Source: Bacilli bacterium (GTDB taxonomy: Bacteria; Bacillota_I; Bacilli_A; RFN20; CAG-826). Taken from it: a DNA stretch of 64,000 bases. The notes below the pieces were generated by a model. That model did no database searches, had not been told where the DNA came from, and saw only the letters and a program-made list of their open reading frames with translations. A program made the position numbers and the translations under genes. Of the stretch, positions 60,045-64,000 are shown piece after piece. The stretch covers positions 60,437-124,436 of the forward strand of contig JAZRYE010000004.1 in NCBI GenBank assembly GCA_045600585.1, given 5' to 3'. How positions within the stretch are numbered: position 1 is the stretch's first letter; the number at the start of each line of letters is the position of its first letter.

Positions 60045-60902
60045 TTATCCTCCTATTTTTTTGAAAAGATTGCATGCTTTTTCATAGGCATGTTTTTCGT
60101 AGTCTAAATACATGCGACTTCTGCTCATAGCTTCGTCGAAATCAACTTCATATCCGTTAAAGTCTGGACCATCGACACAAGCGAACTTTGTTACTCTAGA
60201 GCCATCTTCTTTAACTAAAGTTAAACGACATCCTCCACACATGCCGGTTCCATCAATCATAATTGGATTCATAGAAACTGTGACTGGGATGTTATATGCT
60301 TTAGCAGCTATGACAACAAACTTCATCATAATAAGTGGTCCGATTGTAATGATTTCATCAAACTTTTCTCCGCTAGAGAGCATTTCATTTAATGGAACAC
60401 ATACATTACCTTGTCTTGCATATGATCCGTCATCAGTCATGACAAAAAGTCTATCAGAGCAATTCTTAAATTCGCCTTCAAGAATAACAATATCTTTATT
60501 TCTAAAACCGATAATTGATGTAACTTCACATCCTTGAGCATGTAAAGCTTCGGCGATAGGTAATGCAATCGCACATCCAACACCGCCACCGACTATACAA
60601 ACTTTTTTAAGGCCTTCAATCTTAGTATGTTCACCTAATGGTCCGACAAAATCAGAAATAAATTCACCTTCTTCTTTTTTGTTTAATAAGAATGTTGTCG
60701 CTCCAACAATTTGGAAAATGATTTTAACTGTTCCTTTGGAAGGATTAGTCCCAGCAATAGTTAAAGGTATTCTTTCTCCATCTTCATTAACACGTAAAAT
60801 TATAAATTGACCTGGTCTTGCTTTTTTACTAACAAGAGGTGCTTCAATTTCCATTTGAGTAACAGTAGGATTTAATTCTTTTTTAGAAATAATTTTATAC
60901 AT
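60045..60902 (-). CDS. PyrK-like ferredoxin-NADP(+) reductase subunit (NfnA/SudB family)
   Basis: FAD/NAD-binding fold, C-terminal [2Fe-2S] Cys motif GTGMCGGCRL...C; 285 aa; adjacent to the NfnB-like gene. Confidence 0.8.
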   Translation of the reverse strand: MYKIISKKELNPTVTQMEIEAPLVSKKARPGQFIILRVNEDGERIPLTIAGTNPSKGTVKIIFQIVGATTFLLNKKEEGEFISDFVGPLGEHTKIEGLKKVCIVGGGVGCAIALPIAEALHAQGCEVTSIIGFRNKDIVILEGEFKNCSDRLFVMTDDGSYARQGNVCVPLNEMLSSGEKFDEIITIGPLIMMKFVVIAAKAYNIPVTVSMNPIMIDGTGMCGGCRLTLVKEDGSRVTKFACVDGPDFNGYEVDFDEAMSRSRMYLDYEKHAYEKACNLFKKIGG

Positions 60903-60913
60903 AACTGACTCCG

Positions 60914-61564
60914 TTAATTATGTCCACCACAGTATGGGCAAACATTATTGTCATCAAAATAAGAAGATCCACAATATGAGCATCTTTTTAATCTTACAAA
61001 TTCATCTGATTTAATTTCTTCATTTTTATTAGAAACTATTTGGTTAATTCTTTTATAAATTGCATCGTATTCAGGAATATCAAAGATAATAAAATTTCTA
61101 TTATTTGAATCAAATAATTGAATATCTCCTACTTTGACAATTCTATCAGTCGGACTTCTAATTAATTTAGTTTCATGTATATCACATAAATTACTTTGCA
61201 TTTTGATTAATGTAGCTTCGCAATTAGTGATAATAATTCTTTCATTTGTTAAAACAAATCTTGTGATTTTTGATTTACGTGCCGAAGAAAATAAAATTAA
61301 TCCAAAAACAGAGAGAAAAATTAAATCAGCAAAAGAAAATATAAATATTGGAATAATTACAAAATTGGTATCTTTTAATGCAAAAGAAAATACGATAATT
61401 TGAGTAACGATAATAATCAACAAAAATACAATTGGTATAATAAGAACCAATAATGCTTCTAAAAATGCAGCGTGACGTTTTGGAATTGATGTCCAAGTAA
61501 TTGTTTCACCTTCGTTTAAAAGGCTGTTTAAATTTTTATTTAATTCATTCTCGTTTAATTTCAT
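60914..61564 (-). CDS. Membrane protein with bacterial PH-like domain and C-terminal CxxC...CxxC zinc ribbon
   Basis: Two TM helices, then a C-terminal ribbon CSYCGSSYFDDNNVCPYCGG; 216 aa; function unknown. Confidence 0.5.
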   Translation of the reverse strand: MKLNENELNKNLNSLLNEGETITWTSIPKRHAAFLEALLVLIIPIVFLLIIIVTQIIVFSFALKDTNFVIIPIFIFSFADLIFLSVFGLILFSSARKSKITRFVLTNERIIITNCEATLIKMQSNLCDIHETKLIRSPTDRIVKVGDIQLFDSNNRNFIIFDIPEYDAIYKRINQIVSNKNEEIKSDEFVRLKRCSYCGSSYFDDNNVCPYCGGHN

Positions 61565-61633
61565 GTCTACAATTATAACAACAAAATTATTTATTTATAA
61601 ATGTTTAGTATTTAACATAATAATGCTATAATT

Positions 61634-63748
61634 GTGAACGAGGTAATTTTTATGAAGATTAAACCGATAAAAGAATTAAGAGACACTAATAAAATTAGTG
61701 ATGAGTGTCATTCGATAGATGAACCAATATTTATTACCAAAAATGGTTATCAAGATTTAGTAATAATGTCACAAGATGTTTATGACAAAAATACATCAAA
61801 AATAACATATAAAGTTGATAGAAAGCCTTTAGAAATTAACGATGAGCAAAGCCAAAATATGGGTTTTGTCAAAGTCTCATGTGTTACACCTGAAATTAAA
61901 GTTAGTGATGTTAAATACAATGTGCAATTAATCAAGAATATTTTGGAAGAAGAAAACAAGAAACAGACAAATTTAGTTGTCTTTCCTGAGCTTTCTTTAA
62001 CTGGTTATACTTGCAGCGATTTATTTTTCCAACAAAAGTTGCTAAAAGAAACTGTTAACGGATTAAAAGAATTAGAAAATTATTCTAAGAATCTTGATCT
62101 CATATTCTTAGTTGGAGCTCCACTAGCAAAGGAAAATAAGCTATATAACTGTGCAATTGCAATTTGTCATGGCGAAATACTCGCTGTTATTGCTAAACAA
62201 TATATTCCTAATTACAACGAATTCTATGAAAAGCGTCATTTTGACAAAGTTCCAGATATAAATACAACTATAGAAATTGGTGGAAGAACCTATCCATTTG
62301 GAAACAAATTCATTTTAGTTAATAGAAAATGTTCATCTTTAAAAATTGGTGTTGAAATATGTGAAGATCTTTGGGTAGCAAATACTCCTTCTACTGGATT
62401 AGCATCAAATGGAGCAACTGTCATTTGTAATTTATCAGCTTCTAATGAGCTAGTTGGTAAAGCTTCTTATAGAAGAAACCTTGTAAGTATGACAAGTGCT
62501 AGACTTGTATGTGCTTATTTATATTGTTCAAGCGGCCTTGGTGAATCTTCTACTGATATGGTATTTTCTGGTCATAATATAATTTCTGAAAACGGCAAAA
62601 TTATTTCTGAAAGCGAATTATTTTCAAACGATACAATCACTACCGAAATCGATTTAGATGTCATTGAACAAGAAAGACATAAATTAAATGTTTTTGAGAA
62701 TAAAGAAGATACTAGATATGAATATATTTATTTTGATTTAAATGTTAATAAACCGGAATTAACTAGATTTTACCCTCCAAATCCATTTATTCCTGGCGGT
62801 AATAAGGTTGATCTAAATAGAGTGAATCAGATATTAAAAATCCAAGCTATGGGACTTTATCAAAGAATGCATGCAATTCATTGTAAAAAGGCTGTAATTG
62901 GCCTTTCCGGTGGTCTTGATAGCACGCTTGCTTTGATTGTAATTATTGAAGCATATAAGAAATTAGGATTAAGTAATGATAATATTATTGCTATCACTCT
63001 TCCTGCATTTGGCACAACTAGTAGAACATTAGATAATGTCAAAAAGTTATGTTCTAATCTAAATATTCCACTTAGAGAAATAAATATTTCTAAATCAGTA
63101 AATCAACATTTAGAAGACATCGGACATTTAGAAGGTAACTTCAATAACGCCTATGAAAATGCACAAGCTAGAGAAAGAACACAAGTTCTAATGGATGTCG
63201 CAAACGATGTTGGCGGCATAGTTATCGGTACTGGTGACTTATCTGAATTAGCACTTGGTTGGTGTACATATAATGGCGATCAAATGAGTATGTACGGAGT
63301 TAACTGTTCTATTCCAAAAACTCTTGTTAAATATTTGGTTCAAGGTTATGCCTTACAACATGACGAAATCAAAGAAGAATTATTCGATATTTTAGATACC
63401 CCTATTTCTCCTGAACTTATTCCAGCTAATGATGATAAGATTTCACAAAAAACTGAAGATATCATTGGTCCTTATGAATTACACGACTTCTTCTTATACC
63501 ACTTTATTAGATATAATCTAGAACCTAAAAAAATCTTCGAATTAGCGTGTTATGCATATAAAGATAAATATGATAAAGAAACAATCCATAAATGGTTGAC
63601 TTTATTTATAAAAAGGTTCTTTTCAAATCAATTTAAAAGAAGTGCGATGCCTGATGGAGTAAAAGTTGGAACAGTTTCCGTTTCTCCTCGTGGTGATCTA
63701 AGAATGCCAAGCGATGCTTCTAACTATACATTCTTATTCGATTTATAA
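61634..63748 (+). CDS. nadE: Glutamine-dependent NAD(+) synthetase (N-terminal nitrilase/CN-hydrolase domain + C-terminal NadE domain)
   Basis: CN-hydrolase E-K-C triad region (FPELSLTGY...CEDLW), PP-loop SGGLDS in the C-domain; 704 aa. Confidence 0.9.
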   Translation: MNEVIFMKIKPIKELRDTNKISDECHSIDEPIFITKNGYQDLVIMSQDVYDKNTSKITYKVDRKPLEINDEQSQNMGFVKVSCVTPEIKVSDVKYNVQLIKNILEEENKKQTNLVVFPELSLTGYTCSDLFFQQKLLKETVNGLKELENYSKNLDLIFLVGAPLAKENKLYNCAIAICHGEILAVIAKQYIPNYNEFYEKRHFDKVPDINTTIEIGGRTYPFGNKFILVNRKCSSLKIGVEICEDLWVANTPSTGLASNGATVICNLSASNELVGKASYRRNLVSMTSARLVCAYLYCSSGLGESSTDMVFSGHNIISENGKIISESELFSNDTITTEIDLDVIEQERHKLNVFENKEDTRYEYIYFDLNVNKPELTRFYPPNPFIPGGNKVDLNRVNQILKIQAMGLYQRMHAIHCKKAVIGLSGGLDSTLALIVIIEAYKKLGLSNDNIIAITLPAFGTTSRTLDNVKKLCSNLNIPLREINISKSVNQHLEDIGHLEGNFNNAYENAQARERTQVLMDVANDVGGIVIGTGDLSELALGWCTYNGDQMSMYGVNCSIPKTLVKYLVQGYALQHDEIKEELFDILDTPISPELIPANDDKISQKTEDIIGPYELHDFFLYHFIRYNLEPKKIFELACYAYKDKYDKETIHKWLTLFIKRFFSNQFKRSAMPDGVKVGTVSVSPRGDLRMPSDASNYTFLFDL

Positions 63749-63772
63749 AATAAAAAGCGGTTTAGTCCACTT

Positions 63773-64000
63773 TTACTTTGCAAATAACATCATATTGTCT
63801 TTAAATTTTCTAAAGCCAATCGATTCAAAAGCTTTTATATGCTCACCACTATTTAAAATTAAATAGATGTTTTTATTTGAATATTCATTTTCAATTTCAA
63901 GTAGAGCTTGGTTAATCAATATTCCTAGATAATTATCTAATTTAAATTGTTCATCCATTTCATATGAAATAAATATATCTGTTTTTTTATTTTCTAATTT
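63773..64000 (-). CDS. C-terminal fragment of an unidentified protein (ORF continues in-frame beyond the right window edge)
   Basis: The tool reports 63773-63958, but the upstream in-frame codons (…KLENKKTDIFISYE-MDEQ…) run to position 64000 without a stop. No diagnostic motif. Confidence 0.3.
   Translation of the reverse strand, partial: KLENKKTDIFISYEMDEQFKLDNYLGILINQALLEIENEYSNKNIYLILNSGEHIKAFESIGFRKFKDNMMLFAK

Noticed and set aside
1-64000. Screen for CRISPR arrays, tandem or direct repeats, IS elements, transposases, integrases, tRNA/rRNA genes, prophage or defence islands
   Set aside because: No spaced direct repeats, no recombinase or transposase-like ORFs, and no tRNA-like or rRNA-like stretches were seen. 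Every intergenic region is 350 bp or shorter and is accounted for by promoters, leaders or terminators. The gene content is housekeeping throughout.

Overview
The window is low-GC (about 30% GC) and uses the standard genetic code: long conserved proteins such as AlaS, FtsK, PNPase and IF-2 read through without in-frame stops. It looks like a Firmicutes chromosome, possibly Erysipelotrichia- or Bacilli-like; I cannot assign an organism. Almost all of it is core housekeeping. Most genes are on the minus strand and 98-99% of the sequence is coding.

Main features, in order:
- fmt, partial at the left edge.
- A metallophosphoesterase followed by an orphan adenylation + carrier-protein (A-T) didomain gene.
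- rpsT, convergent with the holA-comEC-comEA-greA-DUF1292-alaS block; alaS carries a clear T-box leader.
- mnmA-dtd, rarA, pdp, an RsmF-like rRNA methyltransferase, and a 557-aa acidic lipoprotein of unknown function.
- plsC, a cytoplasmic pullulanase, ftsK and rnj.
- A DUF1667 module with two FAD oxidoreductases (GlpA-like).
- The conserved pnp-rpsO-ribF-truB-rbfA-infB-ylxR-nusA-rimP supercluster. It has no L7Ae/ylxQ gene, and a terminator-like hairpin lies in the rimP leader.
- A LicD-family gene and a membrane-anchored leucine-rich-repeat protein, sitting at the tail of a nine-gene Phe/Tyr (shikimate) operon that includes an AroE-AroK fusion.
- A Pr6Pr-like membrane protein, mntP, malQ, two HAD hydrolases, a BioY-like protein, an MsbA-type ABC exporter, a long MscL, luxS, nadK, nfnAB-like genes, a membrane zinc-ribbon protein, and divergent nadE.

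I found no rRNA or tRNA genes, CRISPR arrays, transposases, integrases, prophage genes or obvious defence islands. The longest non-coding stretches are only 260-350 bp, and each is explained by a leader or promoter region. The loci I consider worth follow-up are the A-T didomain with its phosphoesterase, the LicD/LRR pair, the lipoprotein and the rimP-nusA leader hairpin. I cannot show from sequence alone that any of them is a new system.
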